The notes: a model not told the origin generated them from the letters alone. A stretch of DNA of 64,000 bases from an uncultured Gemmatimonadaceae bacterium (GCA_963751275.1 CAVVTZ010000011.1:160001-224000); one strand, 5' to 3'; positions 45,482 to 57,025 are shown, counted from the stretch's first letter. Numbers and translations: made by a program.

Positions 45482-45565
45482 GCCCGGGTGGTGGAACTGG
45501 TAGACGCAGGGGACTCAAAATCCCCCGAGCTTCGGCTCTTGCGGGTTCGACTCCCGCCCCGGGCA
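45482..45565 (+). tRNA. tRNA-Leu(CAA), CCA not encoded
   Basis: Acceptor GCCCGGG/CCCGGGC+A, D-loop GGAACTGGTAGAC, anticodon arm GGGGA-CTCAAAA-TCCCC, long variable arm, T-loop GTTCGACTC. Confidence 0.96.
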
Positions 45566-45623
45566 CTCTGTTCGACGCAGGTCTCACATCCTGTCCGGAG
45601 CGTGACCCGGTGGCCCACCGATC

Positions 45624-48291
45624 ATGATCGACTCGATCGCCCAACTCACCGCGGCGCTCGCCGATCGGTATGTCATCGAGAAGGAGATCGGGGCCGGCGG
45701 CATGGCCACGGTCTATCTTTCGCGCGATCTGAAGCATGATCGCCCGGTCGCGCTCAAGGTCCTGAACCCGGAACTCGGCGCCATCCTGGGCGTCGAGCGG
45801 TTCCTCTCCGAGATCCGCGTCACCGCGAATCTGCAGCATCCGAATCTGCTCCCGCTCTTCGACAGCGGTGAGGCGGCGGGGCTGCTCTTCTACGTCATGC
45901 CGTTCGTCGAGGGCGAGTCGTTGCGCGTGCGGCTCGACCGCGAGAAGCAATTTCCGGTGGAAGACGCGGTGCGCATCTCCGTCGCCGTCGCGAACGCACT
46001 CGACTACGCGCACGCGCATGGCGTGATCCACCGCGACCTTAAGCCGGAGAACATCCTGCTGCAGTCCGGGCAGCCGATGATCGCGGATTTCGGCATCGCG
46101 CTCGCCGTGAGCAAGGCCGGCGGCAACCGCATCACGCAGACGGGCCTCTCGCTCGGCACGCCGCAGTATATGTCGCCCGGAACAGGCGACCGGCGACCGC
46201 GTGATCGATGGCCGCAGCGACATCTACTCGCTCGCCGCCGTCACGTACGAGATGCTCACCGGCGAGCCGCCGCACATCGGCAACACCGCGCAGGCGATCA
46301 TAGCGCGCGTGCTCACCGACCGGCCGCGCCCCATTCGCGCGACGCGGAGCGCGGTGCCCGAGAACGTCGAGGAGACGCTGTCGCGCGCCCTCGAGAAGCT
46401 CCCGGCCGACCGCTTCGGCACCGCGCATGAGTTCGCCGCATCGCTCGAAGGGCGGAGCGCCACGAGCGGCACGCGCGCCGCGGCCGCCGCTCCTCCGCCG
46501 GCGATGAGTTGGCGCGCGCGGCTGAGCGATCCGCTGGTGCTGGGACTCGGCGCGGCGCTCGTTGCGTCGCTTGGCGCGGCCGGATTCGCCATGCGCCGCG
46601 GCGACGCACCGGCGCCGTCCACGCGCGCGGTGCGCTTCGTCGTGTTCGCCGGCGACAGCGTGCGCCCCGCCAGCACCTTTCCGTGGCCGGCCGCCATCTC
46701 TCCCGATGGCGGCACGATCGTCTTCAGCGCCGTGCGTCCGCCCAAGGATCCAATGCTCTACGCGCTGCGCACCGATCAGCTCGAGGCGCAGCCGATCCCG
46801 GGCACCGAGGCGGCATTCCAACCGCTGTTCTCCCCCGATGGCCAGTGGGTGGAATTCGAGGTCACGGGCAAGGAGAAGAAGGTCCGTCTGGACGGCAGCG
46901 CCCCGGTGAACATCTCCGGCGGCGGATCGGCGAACGGTGCCGACTGGTCCACGCAGAACGAGATCATCGTCGGCTCACAGGGATCGATACGAGGCCTCGC
47001 GCACGTGAGTGCGGCCGGCGGCGATCTCGCGGTCCTCACGCATCCCGACAGCGCGCACGGCGAAATCGGTCACGCCTGGCCGATCGCCTTCCCTGACGGC
47101 AAGGTAGTCGCGTTCGTCATCTGGTACGGGGAGCTTTCGGCGTCGCAGCTGGCGCTCGCCTCCGTGGATGATGGCAAGGTCGTGCCCCTCGGCCTCAAGG
47201 GTGTGCGGCCGCTCGCCGTGTTGGACGGCCGGCTTGTCTACGTGCAGGCCGACGGCGCCGTCATGGCGGTGGCGATCGACGAGCGCGGCAAGCGCGCGGT
47301 CGGCCTCCCCGTTCCCGTCCACGACCCGGTGAACGTGCTCTCCGGGAACAACGGCAATTCGGACATCTTCGTCTCGAAGGGCGGCGCGCTCGTGGTCGCG
47401 CGCGGTGCGGACGCGGGAGAGCTCGGATGGTTCGATCGCGATCGCACCTTCCACCCGATCGTGAGGGATGCACGGGCCTTCTCCGAGCCGCGGCTGTCTC
47501 CCGACGGGAAGCGGGTGGCGGTCCTGATACAGAGCGGACAGGCCACGGACCTCTGGATCGAGGATCTCACGACGGCCACGCTGTCGCGCATCACATCCAT
47601 GGGATCGGTGAGTTGCGCCGAGTGGCGCCCCGATGGCAAGGACATCTTCCTGGTGAACTCGCGCAGCGAGTTCTACCTCCAGCCGGCGGAGGGCGGCACG
47701 CCGCCGCGCCAAGTGGGTCGGATGTCCGACCTCGCCACGTGCGGCACGATGAGCCCCGACGGCCGCTGGATCGTGGCGGATGCCTTGATCCAGAACACCT
47801 GGGACCTCTGGACCGTCGCTCGTGATTCCGGCGTCGCTCCGCGCGCGTACGTCACCTCACCGGCGACGGATTGGGGTGCGCATTTCTCGCCGGACGGCAA
47901 GTGGGTGGCGTTCAGCTCGGACGAATCCGGAACGTCGGAGGTATACGTTCGCTCCTTCCCTGACCCGTCCGCCAAAGTCCAGATCTCCGCCGGAGGCGGC
48001 TTGGCACCGATCTGGTCCCGCGACGGGAAGAGCGTCACCTACACGTTTGGCGAGGCGGTGATCCGAGCGCGCACCAGCGGGGCACCGAGCTTCCAGATCA
48101 TCTCGCGCGACACGGTCCTCACCACGGGCGGGAACATCGCCTTCGCCGCCGGGAACACGAACATCGACCTTTCCCCCGACGGGAACCGCATCCTCGGCGT
48201 TCGCCCGCTGCGCCGGGGGTCGCAGCTGATCGCCGTGCCCAATTGGATCGTCGAGTATCGCGAGCGGATCGCGGCCGCGGGGAAGAACTAG
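45624..48291 (+). CDS. Hanks-type Ser/Thr kinase with TM helix and TolB/PD40 beta-propeller (frameshift near 46180)
   Basis: GAGGMATVY, VALK, HRDLKPEN, DFG, GTPQYMSP; repeated SPDG propeller motifs. Confidence 0.92.
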
Positions 48292-48401
48292 CGAGGCGGC
48301 GCGCTTGCCGCCGTATCGTGAGCGAACTTAACTTCTCTTGTTCGCACTGAGACGTTCGCCGGCGAAGTCCGCCGGACATACATAGTACGGAGCACCGCCT
48401 C

Positions 48402-49877
48402 ATGCCGCTTCGCCTTTCCGCGCGCCAGGCCGACCTCGCGTCGCTGGACGTTGCCATGCTCGCCATCGCGCTGCCCGCCGGCGCCACGATCGCCGGCCCG
48501 CTCGTCCCGCTCGACGCATCGCTGGGCGGCGCGCTCGACCGGTCGCTCACGCGGCGTGATTTCCGCGGCGGGCGCGATGAGGTCTTCCATCTCGTGGGCG
48601 CGAAGACGGGGCCGCAGCGCATCGTGCTCGTCGGCACGGGAACGCCAACTGACGCCACGGCCGCGCTCCGGCGTGCCGCTGCGATCGCCGCGCGCCAGGC
48701 GCGCGCGGCGGGTGCGACGTCGCTGGCATGGTACGACGGATCGACCAACGGCGCCGCGATCGAAGCGGTCGCCGTCGGCATCCAGATGGGCGCATGGGAA
48801 TTCAATGAGACCAAGACGCCGCCCCCCGAGGCCGACCGCCGCGCGAATCTAGAGAGCGCGGTGATCATCGCCGGCGGCGACGCGGCGAAGGCCGTCGCGA
48901 GCGGCGACGCGTTCGGCGAAGGGATCTCCCTCGCGCGGCGCCTCGCGATGATGCCCGGCAATCTCTGCACGCCCGAGTATCTCGCCGACACCGGCCGCGA
49001 GATCGCGAAGCGCCACGGGATGACGGTCACGATCCTCGGCCGCGCCGAGATGGAGAAGGAGAAGATGGGATCGTTCCTCTGCGTGGCGCAGGGGATGCCG
49101 GAGCAGGACCCGAAGCTCATCGTGCTCGAGCACCGCAAAGGCCCCAAGGGCGGCAAGCCGGTGGTGCTCGTGGGGAAGGGGCTCTGCTTCGACACCGGCG
49201 GCATCTCGATCAAACCCGCCGACAAGATGGAATACATGAAGTTCGACATGTGCGGCGGCGCCGGCGTGCTCGGCGCCATGGAGACGATCGGCCGGCTGAA
49301 CCTGCCGGTGAACGTGGTGGGTCTTGTGGGCGCGACCACCAACATGCCGAGCGGCACCGCGGTGAAGCCCGGCGACGTCGTGCGCAGCCAGCTCGGCAAG
49401 TACATCGAGATCATCAATACGGATGCCGAGGGCCGACTCGTGCTCGCCGATGTGTTGAGCTACGCGCGCCGCTTCACCCCCGCGGCGGTGGTCGACGCGG
49501 CCACGCTCACCGGAGCCTGCGTCATCGCGCTCGGTCACACGGCGAGCGGCGTGATGGGGAACGATGAGAAGCTCGTGCAGGAAGTGATCGCGGCCGGCAA
49601 GCGCGCGGGCGAGACGGGCTGGCACCTCCCGCTGTTCGATGAGTACAAGGAACTCATCAAGAGCGACGTCGCCGACATCAAGAATTCCGGCGGCCGCCCC
49701 GCCGGCGCGAGCAGTGCGGGAATGTTCCTGAAAGAGTTCACCGAGGAATATCCGTGGGTGCATCTCGACGTGGCCGGCACCGCGTACTCCGAGAGCGATC
49801 TCACCTGGCTGCCGAAGGGCCCGACGGGCGTTCCGGTCGGCTTCTTCGTGGAATTCGTCCGAGGGAGGGCCGGCTGA
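48402..49877 (+). CDS. pepA: leucyl aminopeptidase (M17)
   Basis: VGKGLCFDTGG, MKFDMCG, NTDAEGRLVLAD, ATLTGA, HLDVAG. Confidence 0.95.
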   Translation: MPLRLSARQADLASLDVAMLAIALPAGATIAGPLVPLDASLGGALDRSLTRRDFRGGRDEVFHLVGAKTGPQRIVLVGTGTPTDATAALRRAAAIAARQARAAGATSLAWYDGSTNGAAIEAVAVGIQMGAWEFNETKTPPPEADRRANLESAVIIAGGDAAKAVASGDAFGEGISLARRLAMMPGNLCTPEYLADTGREIAKRHGMTVTILGRAEMEKEKMGSFLCVAQGMPEQDPKLIVLEHRKGPKGGKPVVLVGKGLCFDTGGISIKPADKMEYMKFDMCGGAGVLGAMETIGRLNLPVNVVGLVGATTNMPSGTAVKPGDVVRSQLGKYIEIINTDAEGRLVLADVLSYARRFTPAAVVDAATLTGACVIALGHTASGVMGNDEKLVQEVIAAGKRAGETGWHLPLFDEYKELIKSDVADIKNSGGRPAGASSAGMFLKEFTEEYPWVHLDVAGTAYSESDLTWLPKGPTGVPVGFFVEFVRGRAG

Positions 49878-51790
49878 CCGACACTCACCGCCCGCGGCGC
49901 CTCGCCGCGGGTCTGGTGTTCCTGGGCGCGTTCTTCTTCGCCGCGGTCGCGCAGGCGCAGGTGTCGCCGCCCGCGCCGCCCCCGGCGACTCCGCCGCCGC
50001 TCGTCCCCGCGCCGCCGTCGATCAATCCGGCGGAACCCGCATCGGTGCCGCACGACACCGCCGCCAAGGACACGACGGCGGACAGCCTGAAAGTGAAGAA
50101 GGATTCCATCGAGGCGCGCTTCGCCCAGGCCGAGAGCCCACAGCCGTTGGAGATCGGCGAGTCGTTCACCTGGGATCGCGCGCAGCTGTTCAACACCGGC
50201 GCGCTCACCCTCGTGGACATCCTCAATCGCGTGCCGGGCCTCACGGTGTTCCAGTCGGGGTGGATCGCGTCACCCCAGTACGTCGCCTATCTCGGCAACC
50301 CGGCGCGCGTCCGCATCTTCTATGACGGCGCCGAGATGATGGCGATCGGCAACAGCGTGAGTTATCCGCTCGACCTGGCCACGGTGCCCATCTGGTCGGT
50401 GCAGCAGATGACCGTCGAACGCGGCGCCGATGAGATCCGCGTGTATCTCACCACCTGGACCGTCACGCGCACCACCACGCAATCGCGCATCGACATCGTC
50501 ACCGGCGACCTCGGCACGAACATGCTGCGTGGCTTCTTCGGCACGCGCTTCCAGAACGGCATGGGCGTGCAGTTCGGCGGCCAGGTATTCGGGACGATCA
50601 ACAACGTCGTCATCGGCGGCGGTTCCGGGAACGACCTGATGCTGCGTGTGGGATGGGCGAAGTACGGCTGGAGCATCGAAGGATTCATCGAGCGCGCGCT
50701 CGCGACGCGCGATCCACAGATCGCCAGCGGCATCCCCATCTACGATTATCCGTTGCAGCTGGCCAACGGGATCCCGGGACAGAATGGCAACCGGACGTTC
50801 AGCTACGTGCGTGCGGGATTCGGGCAGCCGGACAGCGGACGGTGGTTCGCGCAGGTCACCGGCAACCAGCAGCAGGTCTCGCAATTGCTGGAGCCATCGC
50901 TTACCACTGGATATATCCCGACCGATTCGGTGCGCGTGTTCCAGTTGGCCTCGCAGATCATCGGCGCCGCGGGCGTCACGCTCGGGCCGACGCAACTCAG
51001 CGGGTCGGCGCGCTATCGCTGGCTGCCGCTCGGCACGAGCACGGAGTACACGGGGCGCCTCGGCTTCGGCACCAAGTTCCTCTCGCTGTCGGCATTCGCC
51101 GACTACGTGACCGACAGTGGCGGCATCACCGATCTCGCCGCGCGGATCAACCCGACGTCGTTCCTCGCGTTCGAGGGAGCGATCGGGTACCGGAGTGCCG
51201 CCGACAGCCTGGGGGGGGACGGCGTCTCCGGCCGCATCACCGCGGGCGTGCGGCTCGGGCGGGTCTGGATCCAGCTGGGCGCGATGCAGCGCGACGCCAC
51301 GGTGGTCCCCGGACTCGTCGCCTACGACACGGCGTACAAGTCGGCATCGGCGGCGTCCGCCACGGGGGAGATGATCTCCGTGCGGGGGAAGGTCGTGGAG
51401 GACGTCGGCGTCAACGCGTGGGTGGTGCGGTGGAGCTCGCCGGGGTGGTACCGCCCGCAGCTCCAGGCGCGCGGCGAGGTATTCCTCGATTCCGACTGGC
51501 TGAGCAAGTTCCCGAGCGGCCACTTCGGCTTCAAGGGTGCGTTCGGGGCGATGTACCGGAACGATGTGCTCTTTCCGACCGCGGCCGCGGTGGAAGTGAT
51601 CGACCCGGCCACGGTGATCGCGGTGCACAGCGCCGTGCTCTACACGAACGTCGAGGTGCGGATCATCGACGCGACGCTCTACTTCACCGCCACGTGGGCG
51701 CTCACGCCGCGTCCATACGAGTTGGTGCCGCAGTACGTGCAGCAGGCGCAGGTATTCACGTACGGGCTGCGCTGGCCCTTCTGGAATTGA
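49874..51790 (+). CDS. outer-membrane beta-barrel protein with TonB-plug-like domain (start uncertain)
   Basis: Signal peptide ending AQA, Pro-rich linker, DILNRVPGL plug motif, amphipathic strands, C-terminal YGLRWPFWN. Confidence 0.75.
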   Translation: MTDTHRPRRLAAGLVFLGAFFFAAVAQAQVSPPAPPPATPPPLVPAPPSINPAEPASVPHDTAAKDTTADSLKVKKDSIEARFAQAESPQPLEIGESFTWDRAQLFNTGALTLVDILNRVPGLTVFQSGWIASPQYVAYLGNPARVRIFYDGAEMMAIGNSVSYPLDLATVPIWSVQQMTVERGADEIRVYLTTWTVTRTTTQSRIDIVTGDLGTNMLRGFFGTRFQNGMGVQFGGQVFGTINNVVIGGGSGNDLMLRVGWAKYGWSIEGFIERALATRDPQIASGIPIYDYPLQLANGIPGQNGNRTFSYVRAGFGQPDSGRWFAQVTGNQQQVSQLLEPSLTTGYIPTDSVRVFQLASQIIGAAGVTLGPTQLSGSARYRWLPLGTSTEYTGRLGFGTKFLSLSAFADYVTDSGGITDLAARINPTSFLAFEGAIGYRSAADSLGGDGVSGRITAGVRLGRVWIQLGAMQRDATVVPGLVAYDTAYKSASAASATGEMISVRGKVVEDVGVNAWVVRWSSPGWYRPQLQARGEVFLDSDWLSKFPSGHFGFKGAFGAMYRNDVLFPTAAAVEVIDPATVIAVHSAVLYTNVEVRIIDATLYFTATWALTPRPYELVPQYVQQAQVFTYGLRWPFWN

Positions 51791-51827
51791 TTACCGCGTT
51801 GCGGGAGGCTAAGTTACAGGCTTGCGT

Positions 51828-52703
51828 ATGATACGGAGCATGACCGGATTCGGGAGCGCGACCGGCAAGGTCGGATCGCGGCCCGTCACGGTGGAAGTCC
51901 GCACCGTGAACCATCGATTCTTCAATCCGAGCATCAAGCTGCCGTCGCTCCTCGCCCGGTGGGAGGGCGAGACGCGGGAGTTGCTTCGTCAGGCGGTCAC
52001 CCGGGGGCACGTCACGCTGGTGGCGCGCACGGAGCGCGGGGCGGAGAATGCGCTCCAGATCGACGAGGCGCGCTTCGCGGATTACGTGTCGCGGTTGAAG
52101 GCGCTCGAGAAGAAGCACGGCTTGAACCCGACGCTCGACGTCGCGACGGTGCTGCGCTTGCCGGACGTACTCGCCTCGGACGCGCCGGAAGAGGAAGCGG
52201 GGAGCGGTGAACAGCTGCAGGCGGTGGTGCGGGAGGCGCTCAAGGCGCTGACTGCGATGCGGGAAGCCGAAGGAGCGCGGCTGGCGTCGTTGCTGGCCGA
52301 GCGGCTCGCGGTGGTGGCGGCGGCGTTCGAGCGGATCGCAGCGCGTGCGCCGGCTCGTCTCATCGCCGAGCGGGAGCGTCTGCAGGCGTCGGTGAAGGAA
52401 TTGGCGGGGGGTGTGGCGCTCGATCCCGCGCGGCTCGCGCAGGAGATCGCGCTCCTCGCCGACCGGCTGGATGTGAGTGAGGAGATCGACCGGTTCCGTG
52501 CGCATGTGCATGCCTTCCGCGACACGCTGTCGGGAGCGAGCGGGCCCGGCGTCGGGAAGCGGCTCGGGTTCCTGCTGCAGGAGATGCTGCGCGAGACGAA
52601 CACGACGGGCAGCAAGGCGCGCGACGCGGCGATGCTGCACGAGGTGGTGGCGGTGAAGGAGGAGTTGGAGAAGATCTCCGAGCAGGTGGAGAACGTCGAA
52701 TGA
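51828..52703 (+). CDS. yicC: YicC/YloC family endoribonuclease
   Basis: MIRSMTGFG, RTVNHRF, DVSEEIDR, GKRLGFLLQEM.RETNTTGSK, EQVENVE. Confidence 0.93.
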   Translation: MIRSMTGFGSATGKVGSRPVTVEVRTVNHRFFNPSIKLPSLLARWEGETRELLRQAVTRGHVTLVARTERGAENALQIDEARFADYVSRLKALEKKHGLNPTLDVATVLRLPDVLASDAPEEEAGSGEQLQAVVREALKALTAMREAEGARLASLLAERLAVVAAAFERIAARAPARLIAERERLQASVKELAGGVALDPARLAQEIALLADRLDVSEEIDRFRAHVHAFRDTLSGASGPGVGKRLGFLLQEMLRETNTTGSKARDAAMLHEVVAVKEELEKISEQVENVE

Positions 52704-53335
52704 ATCCGGCGTTCCCGGTGATCCTCTCCTCGCCTTCGGGCGGCGGCAAGACGACGATCGCGCGCGCGCTGCTGGAGCGGCGTTCGGATGTGGGGTACTC
52801 GGTGAGCGCGACGACGCGCGCGCCGCGGCCCGGTGAAGTGGATGGAGTCGATTATCATTTCCTCTCGCCCGCCGAGTTCGCGGCGCGGCGCGAGGCCGAT
52901 GCGTTCGCGGAGAGTGCGCAGGTGCACGGGATGTGGTACGGCACGCTCCGCGCGGAAGTGACGAGAGTGCTGGCACAGGGCAAGAAGGTGATCATGGACA
53001 TCGACGTGCAGGGCGCGGCGCAGTTCCGCCGCTCCTTCCCGCAGACGGTCATGATCTTCGTGCTCCCCCCGAGCGGCGATGCGTTGCTGGCGCGGCTGCG
53101 GGAGCGGGGAACCGAGAGTGCGGCGAGCCTGCAGCGCCGGTTGAACAGCGCGCTCGCGGAACTGCAGGCGGTGCCGGAATACCAGTATGTCGTCGTCAAC
53201 GATCAGTTGGAGCGGGCGATCGAGAAGGTCTCGGGCATCCTGGATGCCGAGGCGATGCGGCGGGAACGGCTCACCGGATTGGAACGGGACCTGCGCTCGA
53301 TCGTCGAGCGATTGGAGAAGGAAATCAACGCGTAG
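52700..53335 (+). CDS. gmk: guanylate kinase
   Basis: SPSGGGKTT, SVSATTRAPRPGEVDGVDYHF, DIDVQGA. Confidence 0.96.
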   Translation: MNPAFPVILSSPSGGGKTTIARALLERRSDVGYSVSATTRAPRPGEVDGVDYHFLSPAEFAARREADAFAESAQVHGMWYGTLRAEVTRVLAQGKKVIMDIDVQGAAQFRRSFPQTVMIFVLPPSGDALLARLRERGTESAASLQRRLNSALAELQAVPEYQYVVVNDQLERAIEKVSGILDAEAMRRERLTGLERDLRSIVERLEKEINA

Positions 53336-53353
53336 CTGGCAAGGAGCTCACCG

Positions 53354-53560
53354 ATGCAAGTGTTCACCCCGATCGAAGTCGCGAAGCGTACGGCCAACAA
53401 ATACCTCGGCGTGCTGGTGGCGGCGAAGTACGCGCGCATCATGAACGAGTTCCCGCGCATGGGCGGCGGCGGGTACGAGAAGAAGCTGACGACGAAGGCG
53501 CTCGAGGCGCTGACCACCGACGAGATCGATTTCCAGGTCCGCACGCGCGTCGAACGCTAG
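53354..53560 (+). CDS. rpoZ: RNA polymerase omega subunit
   Basis: NKYLGVLVAAKYAR, KLTTKALE; gmk-rpoZ-coaBC order; AAGGAG RBS. Confidence 0.85.
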   Translation: MQVFTPIEVAKRTANKYLGVLVAAKYARIMNEFPRMGGGGYEKKLTTKALEALTTDEIDFQVRTRVER

Positions 53561-53572
53561 CGCGCACTGACC

Positions 53573-54775
53573 GTGCGACCCTTCGACGGCCGCCGCATTG
53601 TCCTCGGGATCACCGGGGGGATCGCCAGCTATAAGTCGGGCTGGCTGGCGCGGCTGCTCGTGCAGGCGGGCGCGGAGTTGCACGTGGTGATGACCCGCGG
53701 CGCGCGGGAGTTCGTCGCGCCGGCCACCTTCGAAGCGATCAGCGGCCACCCGGTGCAATCGGACATCTTCGCGCCCGGGCACGCGCTCGATCACATCCAT
53801 ATCGCGCGCGCGGCCGACGCGGTCGTGGTCGCCCCGTGCACCGCCGACTTCCTCGCGCGCGCGACGCAAGGGCGCGCCGACGATCTGCTCGCCGCGATCC
53901 TGCTCGCCACGCGCGCGCCGGTGCTGCTGGTGCCGGCGATGAACGATCGCATGTGGTCGCATCGCGCCACCGTGCGCAACGCGGCCACCGCGGCGGGATT
54001 CGGTTATCACGTGATGGAGCCCGCGACCGGGCCGCTCGCCGAAGGCGACGCGGAAGGGCCGGGGCGGATGCCGGAGCCCGAGGCGATCTTCGCACACCTC
54101 GGCCGCGTCCTCGAGAAGCCGACGCTCGCCGGGAGACGCGTGCTCGTGACCGCGGGCCCGACGCGCGAGCCGGTGGACGCGGTGCGCTTCCTCTCGAACC
54201 GCTCGAGCGGCCGCATGGGCGTCGCGGTCGCGGCAGCGGCCTGGCGGCGCGGCGCGGATGTGACGCTCGTCGCGGGCCCACTCGCGGTCGAGGCGCCCGC
54301 GGGCACGCGCGTGATCCGCGTGGAGAGCACCGAGGAGATGGCGCGCGCCGTGGCGGCCGAGCTGCCGGAGGCGCATGCGCTCGTGATGGCCGCGGCGCCG
54401 GCGGATTTCCGCGCCGCCGCTCCGGCGAGCAACAAGATCAAGAAGAGCGCCAAGCCCGACGCGGTGGCCCTCGCGCCGACGGTGGACATCCTCGCCGAGA
54501 CGCGCGCGCTCCGGAGGAAAGGCGCCGTGATCGTCGGCTTCGCGCTCGAGACCGACGACCTCGCGAAGAACGCGCGCGCGAAGCTCGAAGCGAAAGGGCT
54601 CGACCTCATCGTGGTGAACGACGCGAAGGAGCCGGGCGCCGGCTTCGAGGTGGAAACGAATCGGGTGACGCTCATTGCGAAGGACGGCCGTTCGGAGCCG
54701 CTCGCGCTGATGACGAAGACCGCGCTCGCCGAAGTCCTCCTCGACCGCGTCGAGGCGCTGCTCGGTGCGCGCTGA
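53573..54775 (+). CDS. coaBC: phosphopantothenoylcysteine decarboxylase/ligase
   Basis: GITGGIASYK, PAMN, VTAGPTREPVDAVRFLSNRSSGRMG, VGFALET. Confidence 0.95.
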   Translation: MRPFDGRRIVLGITGGIASYKSGWLARLLVQAGAELHVVMTRGAREFVAPATFEAISGHPVQSDIFAPGHALDHIHIARAADAVVVAPCTADFLARATQGRADDLLAAILLATRAPVLLVPAMNDRMWSHRATVRNAATAAGFGYHVMEPATGPLAEGDAEGPGRMPEPEAIFAHLGRVLEKPTLAGRRVLVTAGPTREPVDAVRFLSNRSSGRMGVAVAAAAWRRGADVTLVAGPLAVEAPAGTRVIRVESTEEMARAVAAELPEAHALVMAAAPADFRAAAPASNKIKKSAKPDAVALAPTVDILAETRALRRKGAVIVGFALETDDLAKNARAKLEAKGLDLIVVNDAKEPGAGFEVETNRVTLIAKDGRSEPLALMTKTALAEVLLDRVEALLGAR

Positions 54776-55661
54776 GGAGCTGCTCCGCCGCTATCTCGAA
54801 CAGCGCCGCGACATGGGCGAGCGCGAGCTGGTGCTGGACGATCTCACGGTGGAAGAAGTGATGAAGCTCATCGGCGCGAAGAGCGGCGCGAGCGCGGAGG
54901 CGAAGAGCGCGCCGCCCCCCGCCGGCGACTGGCGGGAGACGCTGAAGGCCGCGGGCGCCGCGTCCGAACCGGCTCCGGTCGCTCGCAGAGATTTTCCCAC
55001 GCACGCGGCGTCCGCGTCGTCCGCGCCTGCGGTTCCGATGGGCCCCGGTCTCACCGTGGGAGGCAGCGACCGTGAGCTCTTCGCCGGCGCCGTCGGCAAC
55101 GCCACGACGATCGACGAGGTGAACGCGCTCGTGCGCGCGTGCACCGCGTGCGATCTGCACCGGACCGCGAAGAACGCGGTGCCCGGCGATGGCTCGCCGC
55201 GTGCGCGCCTCATGTGCATCGGCGAAGGACCCGGCGCGAATGAAGATGAAACGGGATTGCCCTTCGTCGGCCAGGCCGGCCAGCTGCTCACCAAGATCCT
55301 CGCCGCCATCGATCTCAAGCGCGAGGACGTGTACATCGCCAACGTTGTCAAGCACCGCCCGCCCGGCAATCGCGTGCCGCTGCCGGCGGAGGTTCAAGCG
55401 TGTCTTCCCTATTTGGTGCGCCAGGTAGAGATTATCCGCCCCGCCGTGATTCTGGCGTTGGGGCTCTCCGCCGCGCAGGCGCTGCTCGAAACGACGGAAG
55501 CCCTTGGCAAGCTGCGGGGACGGGAGCATCACTATCACGGTATTCCCGTGATCGTCACCTATCACCCGGCAGCGCTTCTCAGGAATCCCGCCTGGAAGCG
55601 GCCTACGTGGGAAGATGTCCAGCTCGCCCGTCGAATTCTCGATCGCCCCACCGGCGCCTGA
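54765..55661 (+). CDS. uracil-DNA glycosylase family 4
   Basis: CTACDL, GEGPG..ED..GLPFVGQAG, RPPGNR, TYHPAALLR. Confidence 0.92.
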   Translation: MRAEELLRRYLEQRRDMGERELVLDDLTVEEVMKLIGAKSGASAEAKSAPPPAGDWRETLKAAGAASEPAPVARRDFPTHAASASSAPAVPMGPGLTVGGSDRELFAGAVGNATTIDEVNALVRACTACDLHRTAKNAVPGDGSPRARLMCIGEGPGANEDETGLPFVGQAGQLLTKILAAIDLKREDVYIANVVKHRPPGNRVPLPAEVQACLPYLVRQVEIIRPAVILALGLSAAQALLETTEALGKLRGREHHYHGIPVIVTYHPAALLRNPAWKRPTWEDVQLARRILDRPTGA

Positions 55662-57025
55662 TGCCTTCCGCGACCGCCGGCCTCCGTATTCCGAAGAGGC
55701 CGAGACGGCGGTGATCGCCGCGATGCTCATGGACCAGGACGCGATCCTGCGCGCCATCGAGCATGTGGACGACACGATGTTCTACCGCGAGGGCCACCGC
55801 CGGATCTTCCGCGCGATGGCGTCGATCGCCGAGCGCGGCGACGTGGTGGATCCGCTCACGCTCATGGAGGAGCTCTCGCGCCATGGCGAGCTCGAGGGCG
55901 CGGGCGGCAAGGACTACATCGGCTTCCTGCTCGACGCGGTCCCCACGAGCGCGAACGTGGAGTACCACGCGCGCATCGTGAAGGAGAAGGCGCTCCAGCG
56001 CCGCCTGATCGAGACGTGCACCGCGCTCATCGGCGAAGCGTACGCCGGCACGTCCACCGCCGCGGAGCTGCTCGACGAAGCGGAGCACCGCGTCTTCCAG
56101 GTGAGCCAGCAGCGCGGCACGCAGGGCTTCATGCGCGTGAAGGAACTGATGTGGCCCACGATGGAGCGCATCGAGGCGCTGCAGCGCGGCGGCAAGACGA
56201 TCACCGGCGTCGCCCACCGGCTTCACCGATCTCGACGAGCTCACGTCCGGCTTCCAGAACTCCGATCTCGTGATCGTCGCGGCGCGCCCGTCCATGGGCA
56301 AGACGGCGTTCGTGCTGAACGTCGCGCAATACGCTGCGATCGAGAAGAATATTCCGGTGGCGGTCTTTTCCCTGGAAATGAGTAAAGAAGCACTCGTGCA
56401 GCGCATGCTCACCGCGGAAGCCCGCGTCGATGCGCAGAAGCTCCGCAAGGGACTCCTGCGCGATGACGACTTCCCGCGCATGGCGCGCGCGGCCGGCGTG
56501 CTCTCGAGCGCGCCGATCTGGATCGATGACTCGGCCGCCATCACGCTCCTCGAGATCCGCTCGAAGGCGCGGCGGCTCAAGGTGGACGCCAACATCGGAC
56601 TCGTCGTCGTGGACTATCTGCAGCTCATCCAGGGACCGCCCAGCTCGGAGAACCGCCAGCAGGAGATCAGCCAGATCTCCCGCTCGCTCAAGGCGCTCGC
56701 GAAGGAATTGGACGTGCCGGTCGTCGCGCTCTCGCAGCTCTCGCGCGCGCCGGAACAGCGCACCGCCGAGCACAAGCGGCCGCAGCTCTCCGACCTCCGC
56801 GAGTCGGGCGCGATCGAGCAGGACGCCGACCTCGTCATGTTCATCTACCGCCCCGAGATGTACGAAGGGCCCGACGCCACCGACAAGGATGGCAACGCGG
56901 TCGCGGGGCGCGCCGAGATCATCATCGGCAAGCAGCGCAACGGGCCGATCGGCACCGCGCATCTCTTCTTCCACAAGGCGTACACGCGGTTCGAGAACTA
57001 CACCGCGCGCTCGCAGGGCGCGTGA
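55615..57025 (+). CDS. dnaB: replicative DNA helicase (frameshift near 56212)
   Basis: [54 protein letters not shown]. Confidence 0.95.

Noticed and set aside
45482..48291. Integrative element at tRNA-Leu
   Set aside because: No integrase and no duplicated tRNA 3' end was noticed in the window
45624..48291. Kinase-propeller fusion as a novelty
   Set aside because: This architecture is common in Gemmatimonadota and Acidobacteriota
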